A stretch of DNA of 37,482 nucleotides, from the IMG/VR virus record IMGVR_UViG_3300045988_038410, one strand, 5' to 3'. The DNA is from a virus. A program made the translations under genes and the position numbers. The notes below the pieces were generated by a model, which saw only the letters and a list, made by a program, of their open reading frames with translations, was not told the origin of the DNA and searched no databases. Each line of letters opens with the position of its first letter. Positions within the stretch are counted from its first letter, which is position 1. Shown here one piece after another: positions 1 to 8,569 of this stretch.

Positions 1-55
1 GGTGCAAGAGTATCAAGAATTAGATTGAAAAAACTTGCCATAGGTTATGCCCCTT
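1..55. repeat. Terminal overlap copy 1 (identical to 37428-37482)
   Basis: Exact 55-nt match ggtgcaagagtatcaagaattagattgaaaaaacttgccataggttatgcccctt at both window ends. Confidence 0.97.
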
Positions 56-188
56 TCTTTTCGCTCAGTTCGATGTATAAATATCCGCCCGGGCGGGTAT
101 AGATGGGGTCTTCGCCGATGCAGGCATTCTTGATGCCCATCTCACCGACAAACAACTCCTTGAGCTGTTCTTCTCCGACTGTGATCAT
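45..188 (-). CDS. Small hypothetical protein, 47 aa (below the ORF-track cutoff)
   Basis: Translation: MITVGEEQLKELFVGEMGIKNACIGEDPIYTRPGGYLYIELSEKKGA. The ATG at 188 lies 4 nt after the stop of 193..387. The TAA at 45-47 lies 3 nt before the ATG of the junction-spanning gene. It fills an otherwise empty gap in a packed operon. Confidence 0.5.
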   Translation of the reverse strand: MITVGEEQLKELFVGEMGIKNACIGEDPIYTRPGGYLYIELSEKKGA

Positions 189-192
189 TCCG

Positions 193-387
193 TCACCCCC
201 GAATCAGATACAGTGTCTTCGCGTCCTTGACGGCCAGCGCGTCATATTCCGCCCGGTCGAGGACTGCAATAATGTTGATCTGCGCGGATGAGACGTTGCC
301 GCCGCCACTGCCGCCGGGTGACACCCGCAAGGGCGGCAGGTTGAATTGGATATTCGGCTTCCCGCCGATATCAAAGCGGATCATCAC
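193..387 (-). CDS. Hypothetical small protein of the tail-tip module, 64 aa
   Basis: Track ORF that overlaps the stop of 384..704 by 4 nt (coupled). No recognisable motif. Confidence 0.5.
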   Translation of the reverse strand: MMIRFDIGGKPNIQFNLPPLRVSPGGSGGGNVSSAQINIIAVLDRAEYDALAVKDAKTLYLIRG

Positions 388-704
388 AGCACCACCTTAC
401 TGATGGAATCGCTTACGCGGATGCCCTCAATGCTGGTACCGATGACAACCGGCTCCGCGCCGGCGAATTTGATGCGAATCTGGACGGCCTGAGAAGCGCT
501 TTTGAACTGAAAGGTTTCCTCCTGCGTCAGAGGGAACAGGAAGTTTCCGTCTGTGTCCGTCGTGACCTCGCCGGGGTAGATTTTGCGCAGCTTCCCAACG
601 ATGAACTCGATCATCTCAATCTTGGATAGGTCGAGCGGTTGGCCGTCCTGCGTCCCAGTAAATACAATGGCGTACTGGTCGCCTTGCATGATTTTTAGGC
701 TCAT
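384..704 (-). CDS. Hypothetical tail/baseplate-module protein, 106 aa
   Basis: ATG at 704 is preceded by AAGGAGG, so the track start at 749 is an over-extension. The sequence is beta-rich (MSLKIMQGDQYAIVFTG...). Confidence 0.7.
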   Translation of the reverse strand: MSLKIMQGDQYAIVFTGTQDGQPLDLSKIEMIEFIVGKLRKIYPGEVTTDTDGNFLFPLTQEETFQFKSASQAVQIRIKFAGAEPVVIGTSIEGIRVSDSISKVVL

Positions 705-714
705 AGCTACCTCC

Positions 715-954
715 TTACTTTGGCTTGCCGACCTTGCACAGCACCACATAGCTGCCGCTGACGCGGGCGATCAGGACGCGGTTGCCCGCAGCGAAGGTGA
801 TGTCCGGATTGCAGCGGTAGTGCTTCGCAGTTGCCTCGGTCTGGCCGGGGAAGATCAGCGAGACGCCGTCCGTGTACTTCGCGCCGATGGTCGCCAGCGA
901 GAGCAGCGGCGATTCCTGCGGGCTCTCCAGCGTGGCCGTAAACAGATCCATCAT
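715..954 (-). CDS. Hypothetical baseplate-module protein, 79 aa
   Basis: ATGA overlap with the stop of 951..1994. Sits inside the tail-tip gene block. Confidence 0.65.
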   Translation of the reverse strand: MMDLFTATLESPQESPLLSLATIGAKYTDGVSLIFPGQTEATAKHYRCNPDITFAAGNRVLIARVSGSYVVLCKVGKPK

Positions 955-1994
955 GCAATCACCGTCCTTTTTGCTGTGTGCTGCATCATCTGGCCGGCGG
1001 CCAGGGTCAGCGACCAGCCGGTCTCCTCGTAGATTCCAGCCAGTTCCGGGTCGTCGATGGAGATGATGTCCCCGACGCCGTGGCCCGGCTCGTTGAGTGT
1101 CTGAAATGTGATGGTTCGTGCCGCTAACATGGATTCATTCCGGGCGCGGTCTGCGGCGGCCTGAAGCTCATCCTGGCTCGCAATGTTGTCCACACGCTGC
1201 ACATCCACAATGCGCATTTTGCGTTTGAACGTGGACGTGCTGGACGTCGGGGACTCGTTGACCGCCGTGGCCACCATGTCGGCGTCGAGATCTGGGTTGC
1301 TGCAGATTCGGACAAAGACGTTCGGCGCGTTGAAAATGTCCGTCTCGTCGTTGTGATCCGGCCCGATCGGCTGCGCGTGGACGACGTCGGTATCGGAATA
1401 GGCATGATCGATGCGGTCGGCGCTGGGCTGTTCATACGGCTCCAAATGCGCGATGCCGCTGCCGTCGAACCACACGTCGCTGTAATTGATCTCGGCCAGC
1501 AGCTGATTGATAATAGCGAGGTAGGTCGTACCGATCTCCCAATCCTCGCGGTCGGTCTGGAGCGTGGCTGTGGACGGAGCCGCAATGACCAGCCCGATCC
1601 CGGCCTCCGTGAGCATCTGGCGGATCTTCGTAATGTAGGACGTACCGGCGGCAATGTGCAGGATGTTCTCCGTGCGCTGGTTTTGCAGCCGCCAGCAGCG
1701 GTCGTATGCCTCGATCTGGACGACCGTGTTGTAGCGGTCGGTCGCGCGGCTCGGAGTCGCCGTCTGGAAGACGCCCAGCGGCGTCTCCACGCCGTTCAGC
1801 CGCATGACGGGCTGCAGCTCGTCTGACAGCAGATCGACCGTGTCGGGCACGTAGAACCGCCCGGAGAAGCTGCCTTTGATCTCGGCGTCCTTGTTGACCA
1901 TGATATTGGGGTTGTCGCCGCTGCGCCAATGGAGCCGGGCAAACTCGGCTCCGTTGCGCAGGACGTTGACGTGGTAGGAGACGTCACGAATCAA
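951..1994 (-). CDS. Tail-associated (Tal / baseplate hub-like) protein, 347 aa
   Basis: Lies directly downstream of the Dit-like gene. TTG start at 1994 with AAGGAGGAG placed 7 nt upstream. Assignment rests on size and position after TMP-Dit. Confidence 0.65.
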   Translation of the reverse strand: MIRDVSYHVNVLRNGAEFARLHWRSGDNPNIMVNKDAEIKGSFSGRFYVPDTVDLLSDELQPVMRLNGVETPLGVFQTATPSRATDRYNTVVQIEAYDRCWRLQNQRTENILHIAAGTSYITKIRQMLTEAGIGLVIAAPSTATLQTDREDWEIGTTYLAIINQLLAEINYSDVWFDGSGIAHLEPYEQPSADRIDHAYSDTDVVHAQPIGPDHNDETDIFNAPNVFVRICSNPDLDADMVATAVNESPTSSTSTFKRKMRIVDVQRVDNIASQDELQAAADRARNESMLAARTITFQTLNEPGHGVGDIISIDDPELAGIYEETGWSLTLAAGQMMQHTAKRTVIA

Positions 1995-3963
1995 TGTTGA
2001 TCTCCTCCTTTCGGTCGATCTGTTCGATGGTAAAGCTGTAAGTGCTGAAGAAATCGTCAGAGTTTTCCGTGATGCTGGCCGGGTAGCCGATGGTCATGTT
2101 GCCCTCCGGCGTCTTGCAGCAGGTCGGGTGTCCGAGCAGTGCCCTGAGAGACTGCCGCTCCGCGTCGTCCGCGCAGACGCAGGTGATCCGCAGCGCGCGG
2201 GACTTAAATTCGCTTCGCTCCGCGACCGGGTAGGTGTGCCCGGAGAGCTGGACATATTGGATGTCCTGGGACAGGCTCAGACCCGTGCTGCGGTGTGCCG
2301 AAGAATCATAGAGGAAATGCAGCCATTCGCCGCGCTCCATGTCGTAGAGTCGGACTTTGTCTGTGCCGACCGTGACCTCCACGGCCTCGGACAGACTGTA
2401 ATTGTCGCTGTTGTCGTAGCAGCCGCGCACCTGATAGCGCACAACACCAATGCTGGCTGCATCGGTGTAGCTCGGTTCCGTGACCTTTGCGATAGCCACT
2501 CCATTCCGATAGACCAGATAGTAGTCAAAGCTGCCCGGCGTCCAGCTGAGCGCCGCCTCAATGCCGCCCTCGGCGGTCAGCGTGATCGCGCCGCCCGGTA
2601 CGTTTGTGACCGGAAGCGCCGCCGTGCCCCACGGTGACCAAAAGCCGTATTCGTTCTGCACACGGACGCGCACCGTGTAGCTGCCGTCAGCCAGATAGAA
2701 CGGTGCCTTCCACGTCTTCCCGGTGCCGAAGCGCGTACCGGAGGTATAGACGCCGTCGATCTCGACTTGGTAGGCTTGCTGTTCATCCGCTTGCCAGCGG
2801 ATCTCCGGGCGCGGCTCTGTGGACACGATAGACACGGGCGGTGTTGCAGGGGCAGCCAGCACAATAAACTGTGTGGCAGCGCTCCATGCGCCCGCAGCAC
2901 CCTTGGAATTGTACGTCCGCACGCGCCAGTATTTTGTGCCGGAGGTAAACGTCCCGGCAGGAGCCGTCCATGTGTTGGCTGCACCGGTGACGGTTGCCAG
3001 CGCCGTCCATGTGCTGCCGTCCGTGCTCTGCTGCAATTCGGCCTTCGTTTGGGCCGTGCCGGTCGAAATGACATGTTCCCATTTGAATACGTTGTCGGAC
3101 GATCCGTCGAGGACTGCCCGGTCAGGAGCAACCGCAACGGCTGTGGATTCCACATCGGTCAGCGAGAGCGTCATCCAATCGGAGGTCGTGGTGACGCCGC
3201 TGTTCGCGGTCACGCTGAGCTGCCACTGGATGCTGTCGCCGGAAAAAGTATTTGCCGGGATGGTGATGGAGGTGGCCGTGCCGGGCACGTCGATTTCTTT
3301 GACCGTGTCGGATGCAGATTTGCGCCAGCGGAACTTTGCAGACGTGCGAGAAATCTCCGCATAGCAGGTTCCGCTTGCAGCTTCTTTCCATGAAAATACA
3401 TTGCTGTTTGCAGCAACAATTGACCCGTTCGATGGTGCAGCATTAGATATTGTTAGTCCAATAATTTCATCGCCAATACTGACCTCCAAGTAAGGAGGGT
3501 TCGCGCTTCTCGATGATTGCACTGCATACCATGATGAGACATCGGTCATCAAACCACATCTCAAAATTTTAGAAAAACTATTAAATGCATCAACCCATGA
3601 TTTTGAATCATATCCGGTTTTATACAAATACAGGGAATAACTACTGCCGCCTATACGCCCGGGTGCATTTTGGTAATTTAATGTGCTAGCATCGAATGAT
3701 TTACTTATCGGATCAACGCTTCCGACGGTCTCGGTGTGAGCGGGAGAATACAGCGAGCGATAGTACAGATACGATATGATTGTTTCAACCTTCTGAAATT
3801 GATATGCGGCAGGAATTGGCTGAAATGAGACATACATTTTGTAAAATGCTCTATTATTAAGCGCATCAGATGAATATTCTGTCTCTGTGTTAAAGGTAGT
3901 CGTTGGTTGAGAATACAGTGTTGCCGCAGACTGCACCGCTTGGAGCGTTAGCGTTGTACTCAT
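1984..3963 (-). CDS. Distal tail protein (Dit)-like, with a long N-terminal extension of Ig/FN3-like repeats, 659 aa
   Basis: ATGA overlap with the TMP stop. The C-terminal ~130 aa (RLYDMERGEWLHFLYD...FSTYSFTIEQI) resembles the siphovirus tail-family (Dit) fold. The middle holds repeated WxxA / Y.VR beta-sandwich-like units. Confidence 0.65.
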   Translation of the reverse strand: MSTTLTLQAVQSAATLYSQPTTTFNTETEYSSDALNNRAFYKMYVSFQPIPAAYQFQKVETIISYLYYRSLYSPAHTETVGSVDPISKSFDASTLNYQNAPGRIGGSSYSLYLYKTGYDSKSWVDAFNSFSKILRCGLMTDVSSWYAVQSSRSANPPYLEVSIGDEIIGLTISNAAPSNGSIVAANSNVFSWKEAASGTCYAEISRTSAKFRWRKSASDTVKEIDVPGTATSITIPANTFSGDSIQWQLSVTANSGVTTTSDWMTLSLTDVESTAVAVAPDRAVLDGSSDNVFKWEHVISTGTAQTKAELQQSTDGSTWTALATVTGAANTWTAPAGTFTSGTKYWRVRTYNSKGAAGAWSAATQFIVLAAPATPPVSIVSTEPRPEIRWQADEQQAYQVEIDGVYTSGTRFGTGKTWKAPFYLADGSYTVRVRVQNEYGFWSPWGTAALPVTNVPGGAITLTAEGGIEAALSWTPGSFDYYLVYRNGVAIAKVTEPSYTDAASIGVVRYQVRGCYDNSDNYSLSEAVEVTVGTDKVRLYDMERGEWLHFLYDSSAHRSTGLSLSQDIQYVQLSGHTYPVAERSEFKSRALRITCVCADDAERQSLRALLGHPTCCKTPEGNMTIGYPASITENSDDFFSTYSFTIEQIDRKEEINIDS

Positions 3964-5957
3964 CCCGTTGCACCTCCCATTCGAACCACTCTGCGGCGCT
4001 CCTGCACGATGCGGAGGATGTCCTCAAATTCCCGAACCGTGTGGGCGTCGATCGTGATGTTGTAAGTATCGCCGCCGGTCTGGCGCGTTTCCTGCGCGGT
4101 CAGGATGCGCGTGCCCTGCGGCAGGATCGCGGTCTCCGCGCCGTGCTCGCTCAGCAGCGTCCGCCCACCGGGAAACCAGTCTGTGCCGCTGGCGTTTCGA
4201 GTGTAACCCATGGCCTGTTTCCATGCCTCGAATGAGCCGACAACGCCTCCAGCGTTCAGTTCTGACTCCCACTGTTCGCGCAGGTATGCATCACGGTTAC
4301 CGTAATACTTGCCGTTGGCGTAGTACGCGCCGTATCCGGCTGCGTTTGTGGCGGCGTTGGTGTCAGCACCTTCCCACTGTGCCCAAAGGCGTTGTTGGTT
4401 GCTCGGCTGATTCTTGTTCATGCCAAGTCCTGTGCCGATTTTCGTAAACCCACTAGCCCATTTGTCGAAATGCCAGAGAGGTGTTGTGGCCAAAGTGACA
4501 AGGCCGGAAATCACTTGAAGTGTGTCAGCAATCAGCGCGATGACCTCCGACAGAGGCCGCAACGCCTTCGTGAGATTCGGAACAGCTCCATTGGCCAAGT
4601 CATCTGTCGGTGCGATGATGTTTCCAACTGTCTCAAGCAGCATGCCAAAAGAATCCACCAAGCCGGATTCCTTCATTGCCTGCCCGCCGTCCTTGATGAG
4701 CTTCGTGATCTTTTCATAAAATTCCGTGAGGTACGGGGCAAACTCGGCAGAGAGCTGATTTTTCGCGCTCTCCTGCGATTTTTGCAGGCGCTGATATGCG
4801 TCGTCTACCTCCGTCAGAGCCGTCAGCGCCTCGTTGTCCAGAACATAGCCCATATCATGCGCCTCGTCGGCGTACTTTTTCAGCGCGCCGCTGCCTGCAT
4901 CAATCAGTGGGTTCAATTCTTGCGCAGACTCGGACATGAGATCCATGGCCAGCGCGTCCCGCTCCGTGCGATTCTCCATCTGGCCGAGCGCGTCGATCGT
5001 GTCGTAAAAGACATCCTCCGCGCTGCGCAGATTGCCGTTTGCGTCCGTGATGGACACGCCAAGCTTGGCATAGGCTGCCGCCGTGGCCTCATTTCCGTCC
5101 CGCGCCTCCTGCATCTTATTGGTGGTTTCTTTCAGACTGTCCCGGATGCGGTCGGACGAGACGCCGATCATCTCGGCGGCATAATCGAACTCCTGAAGGC
5201 TCTCCACTGACTGCCCCGTGACGCTGGAAAACGTCTTGATTTCCTTGGCATATTCAGCACTTTTCTTCGTCATGGAGATCAGAGCCTTTTCGGTCTTGAC
5301 CACCGCAGCGACCACAAGGCCAAGGCCGGTCACGGCCAGAGCCGCACCTGCATGGATGCCGTTGAGAGATTCCACGGCCTTCTGGGCGCCCTCCGGAAGC
5401 TGGATGCCGAACTTCCCGGCCACATCCGTCAGCGCGTCACCAAGGCCGCGGACAACCTCGTCGTTGCCGGAGAACTCCTCCTTGAGATTGGCAAACAGGC
5501 CTTTGATGCCGCCGCCCTGTTCCTTGGTGTCGGACAGCGCCTTTTTCAGCTTTCCAAAGGCGGTCGTCGTGCCGTCTGTCTCTTTCTGGGCCTTTTGGAG
5601 CGCGTCCTCGTTGTCCTTTAATGCACGCTCCATCTTGACCAATTCGGCCTGTGCGTTGTTGAGCTGCGTTTTCCAGCGATTGGTGCGCTCATCGGCTTCG
5701 CCGTAGGCGGAGGCCGAGGACTGGAGTGCCTTTTCGATCTGCTCGATTTTTTCCTTCTGCGTCAGGATTGTGCGGTCGAGGATGTCGTTTTTCTTGGTCA
5801 GTGCTTCGACGCTGTCCGCGTTATCCCGAAACTGCTCGGACGCGAGATTCAGTTCGGATTTCAGGACGTTCAGGCCGCTCTTGATCTCGGCCAGCGCAGC
5901 CTTGTATTCCCGCTCGCCGTCCAGTTTGATTTTTGAGTTGATACTCGGGGCAGCCAT
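3960..5957 (-). CDS. Tail tape measure protein, 665 aa
   Basis: Long coiled-coil and Ala/Gly-rich protein directly after the chaperone pair. ATG at 5957 is preceded by GGGAGGTG (the track start at 5960 is a TTG). Confidence 0.9.
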   Translation of the reverse strand: MAAPSINSKIKLDGEREYKAALAEIKSGLNVLKSELNLASEQFRDNADSVEALTKKNDILDRTILTQKEKIEQIEKALQSSASAYGEADERTNRWKTQLNNAQAELVKMERALKDNEDALQKAQKETDGTTTAFGKLKKALSDTKEQGGGIKGLFANLKEEFSGNDEVVRGLGDALTDVAGKFGIQLPEGAQKAVESLNGIHAGAALAVTGLGLVVAAVVKTEKALISMTKKSAEYAKEIKTFSSVTGQSVESLQEFDYAAEMIGVSSDRIRDSLKETTNKMQEARDGNEATAAAYAKLGVSITDANGNLRSAEDVFYDTIDALGQMENRTERDALAMDLMSESAQELNPLIDAGSGALKKYADEAHDMGYVLDNEALTALTEVDDAYQRLQKSQESAKNQLSAEFAPYLTEFYEKITKLIKDGGQAMKESGLVDSFGMLLETVGNIIAPTDDLANGAVPNLTKALRPLSEVIALIADTLQVISGLVTLATTPLWHFDKWASGFTKIGTGLGMNKNQPSNQQRLWAQWEGADTNAATNAAGYGAYYANGKYYGNRDAYLREQWESELNAGGVVGSFEAWKQAMGYTRNASGTDWFPGGRTLLSEHGAETAILPQGTRILTAQETRQTGGDTYNITIDAHTVREFEDILRIVQERRRVVRMGGATG

Positions 5958-6552
5958 CAACCGCCACCTCCCATCAGATATGCCGACAACGACAAGCGGG
6001 CGGGCTTCTCCGTCTCCGCAGGAGACTCAGAAACGACACGCCGGCCCGGTGCGCCCATGAGCTTGAAAAACTCACGGTAAAGCGCTACGCACCGCGCCGG
6101 CGTCATTGTCCGCCAGAAAACGGCCTCGTCGTTATGCAGGACATTGATCCAGATATTCAGATACCAAGCGAAGTTCAGGCCGTCGCTGCCGCTTCCTTGG
6201 TCTCCACGTTTTTTGTTTCTTCTTCGGTCGACTCCGCCTCGTCATCGTCCGGAGCCAAGACCGCTGCGAACAGCAGGCCGAACACATCGCCCTGGATGCG
6301 GCGGAACTCCTTCCAGCTCACCACACGGCCGATCTCGCGATCCGTGACGGAGAGATCCAGCCCGGCAGCGTTCGCGGCCTCGTTGACCAGCGCCGCGAGC
6401 AGCCGCGTGAAATTCCGGAAGGAACGCTTCTCATCAAGCATCTCATCCAGTTCGCCGGCCGCCTGAAGATCTGCCAGCACGTTGAAATTGCAGCAGAGCT
6501 GGAGCGTGTGGCCGCCATACTCAAACGGCAGCATTTTCAAACGGAGATCCAT
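5957..6552 (-). CDS. Tail assembly chaperone, -1 frameshift product (gpGT-like)
   Basis: The -1 frame is open from just upstream of the slippery site AAAAAAC (6214-6208) to a TGA at 5959-5957. It encodes ...KRGDQGSGSDGLNFAWYLNIWINVLHNDEAVFWRTMTPARCVALYREFF...GGGG and ends in a TGATG overlap with the TMP start. Confidence 0.65.
6175..6552 (-). CDS. Tail assembly chaperone (gpG-like), 125 aa
   Basis: Located between the major tail and tape measure genes. Has an acidic C-terminus and contains the slippery site. Confidence 0.8.
   Translation of the reverse strand: MDLRLKMLPFEYGGHTLQLCCNFNVLADLQAAGELDEMLDEKRSFRNFTRLLAALVNEAANAAGLDLSVTDREIGRVVSWKEFRRIQGDVFGLLFAAVLAPDDDEAESTEEETKNVETKEAAATA
6208..6214 (-). 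promoter_or_regulatory. Slippery heptamer A_AAA_AAC for -1 programmed frameshift
   Basis: The zero-frame codons are ACA AAA AAC, a canonical X_XXY_YYZ pattern. The shifted frame has no ATG of its own. Confidence 0.65.
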
Positions 6553-6555
6553 GGT

Positions 6556-7167
6556 TTATCCTCCCTCAGTGACTACGGTCGGTTCCGTCGTGAAGCAGGC
6601 GTCGAGCCATGCAATGGCCTCGGCCTCGGTGTCAAACGAGTCCCACTCCATCAAGTGGCCTGCGTCATCGACCAGCGCTTCGCCGGAGGTCGTCGGCGTC
6701 TGGAAGTTGATCTGCTCGCCCATGGTCTGGAGCGTCTTGCTGGGCGGGCCGAACAGCGTCTTGTGGACGAAGATGGCCGTGAACTTCTCCACGCCGTCGA
6801 TCATATCCGGCGCATAGAATCCGCTGCCGACGTACTGTCCGGTCGAGGTCTTGCCGTAGGCCATGCTCTTCACGGTCTTGGGCGAGCCGGAACCGACCGA
6901 ACGGCTCAGCTCATACGCTTTGAAAAGCAGCTTCTGCGTCTCGTCCGGGATATACTTCACGCCCTGACTGACTGTCAGGCCCGTGACCTTCTTCATGTAC
7001 TCGGCCAGCGCGGACTCGGCATAGAGACGCCCCTCCGCGAACTTGAGTTCGAGGTTGGCCGTCATTGCGTCGCCCATGGACATCGGCGTGTCATAACTGA
7101 TTTTCTTCTGCGTTTTGTCGTAATTGTATTTCGCGACCTTCATGCCGCGAAGATCAAATTCAGGCAT
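6556..7167 (-). CDS. Major tail protein, 203 aa
   Basis: Lies upstream of the chaperone pair. Sequence style (MPEFDLRGMKVAKYNYD...) resembles phi13/TP901-type major tail proteins. Confidence 0.8.
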   Translation of the reverse strand: MPEFDLRGMKVAKYNYDKTQKKISYDTPMSMGDAMTANLELKFAEGRLYAESALAEYMKKVTGLTVSQGVKYIPDETQKLLFKAYELSRSVGSGSPKTVKSMAYGKTSTGQYVGSGFYAPDMIDGVEKFTAIFVHKTLFGPPSKTLQTMGEQINFQTPTTSGEALVDDAGHLMEWDSFDTEAEAIAWLDACFTTEPTVVTEGG

Positions 7168-7168
7168 G

Positions 7169-7609
7169 TCATTCTCCTTTCAGAATGTCGGCAGCGACGT
7201 CGGACATTTTGTCGTTGGCCTGCTGCCAGGTGTTGTGTACCGCGGTCGACCAGTAATAGTCTGCCGGGATCTTGCCGCCGGTTCGCCGGCCGTAGTTCAG
7301 CACGAAACCCTTTGTGCCGTACCGCTGCCCACGTTTGTCCTTCCCGTGGATCGTGACGAACATATACGGGACGCCGTTTTTGTCCTTCCGGACGACGCGG
7401 GCTTTTGTGATATGCCGCAGCGTCTCGCCGGTGCGCCGCTGTCGGCCGGGGCTGTTATGTCCGGACTCCACAAAGGCAGATTTTACAGAGGTCAGCATGA
7501 CCTCGGAGCCGGCTGTCAGCATCCGCTTCACGTTCTCGTCGGTAAATAGATCGGCCTTATTCAGCTGCCGGATGGCCTCTTCAATGCCGTCGGTCTCCAT
7601 CTGCGCCAT
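7169..7609 (-). CDS. HK97 gp10-like tail completion protein, 146 aa
   Basis: The N-terminus (MAQMETDGIEEAIRQLNK...) is typical of the HK97-gp10 family. Sits in the neck module. Confidence 0.75.
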   Translation of the reverse strand: MAQMETDGIEEAIRQLNKADLFTDENVKRMLTAGSEVMLTSVKSAFVESGHNSPGRQRRTGETLRHITKARVVRKDKNGVPYMFVTIHGKDKRGQRYGTKGFVLNYGRRTGGKIPADYYWSTAVHNTWQQANDKMSDVAADILKGE

Positions 7610-7944
7610 CAGATCACCTCACAGGGAATGTCCGTGTAGTAGGTGGCTGTCTCGACGTCGTAGGAGTGCTCCGGCATCTGCATCGCGATATGCGCATCCG
7701 CCAAAGCCTTTGAGACTTCGGCGGGGAGCGTATCATCTTCGGTTTGCGTGGCCACGGTCACAACGGCCTGATAGATTGTGGCAAAGGGACGGCCGCTGGC
7801 ATAGGCGTAACGCTCGCCGGTCGGCGTCCAGACCAGATAGCGGAGCAGCGGCTCACCGTCGTTTGTCGTCTCCGGGGCTTGCACTTTGTAGACCGCGTCC
7901 GGCAGGACGGTCTTGAGCGCGTTCTCAATTTTGGAATAGCTCAT
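7609..7944 (-). CDS. Neck / head-tail joining protein, 111 aa
   Basis: ATG at 7944 is preceded by GGAGGGG (the track start at 7965 is over-extended). TGATG overlap with the next gene. Confidence 0.65.
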   Translation of the reverse strand: MSYSKIENALKTVLPDAVYKVQAPETTNDGEPLLRYLVWTPTGERYAYASGRPFATIYQAVVTVATQTEDDTLPAEVSKALADAHIAMQMPEHSYDVETATYYTDIPCEVI

Positions 7945-8266
7945 ATTTCCCCTCCGGTTCCGCAAGGCTTAACGTGTTGATGTCGAGGCCGTCGGCATCC
8001 TGTTCGCGCTGCGCCTGGTCGATGCGATAGACGTGGCCGTCCTCCAGTGTGCAGTATTGGTCAGCCTCGATCGGTGCGTCGAAGACGCTGCGCGGCATGG
8101 ACACCATGCGCACGAGCTTCTGCCCGGCCTGCTTCCCGGCGTAAAACCGGGAGGCGTACACCGTGCGCTCGCAGTAAAAGTGCTGGCTGACGGCTTTGAG
8201 CTTGCGCACGGCAGGAGACCGACCAGGGAGCAGCGTATAGATCGTCAAAATCTTGTCGTAGATCAT
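7925..8266 (-). CDS. Head closure / head-tail adaptor protein, 113 aa
   Basis: ATGA overlap with the stop of 8263..8553. Assignment is by position in the neck module. Confidence 0.65.
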   Translation of the reverse strand: MIYDKILTIYTLLPGRSPAVRKLKAVSQHFYCERTVYASRFYAGKQAGQKLVRMVSMPRSVFDAPIEADQYCTLEDGHVYRIDQAQREQDADGLDINTLSLAEPEGKYELFQN

Positions 8267-8553
8267 CCGCCGTCCCTCATTTTCTCGTGGCACAGCCGGT
8301 CCTTGATCATGATGTCAAGATTCCGGGGGAGTGCCGCCCGCTCGGTGTTGCCGCGGGCACGATACATCCACGCGGCCACGGAGCCGACCAGCATGTCATC
8401 CTCGTCGCTGTCGTCCGCCAGCGTGATGCCGCGCCGGCGGACAAAGGATTCGGCTGTGGTCAGCAGACCGCGCATATAAAGCTCCTGTTGATCAGCGCAC
8501 GACAAAATGCCAAGATCAACCTTCATGTAAGTCAGACGCAGGTCTGCTGACAT
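8263..8553 (-). CDS. gp6-like head-tail connector protein, 96 aa
   Basis: It is the first gene after the capsid gene. The LLTTAESFVRRRGITL...AAWMYRARGN pattern resembles the Phage_connect_1 family. Confidence 0.7.
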   Translation of the reverse strand: MSADLRLTYMKVDLGILSCADQQELYMRGLLTTAESFVRRRGITLADDSDEDDMLVGSVAAWMYRARGNTERAALPRNLDIMIKDRLCHEKMRDGG

Positions 8554-8569
8554 CCCACAGCCTCCTCTC

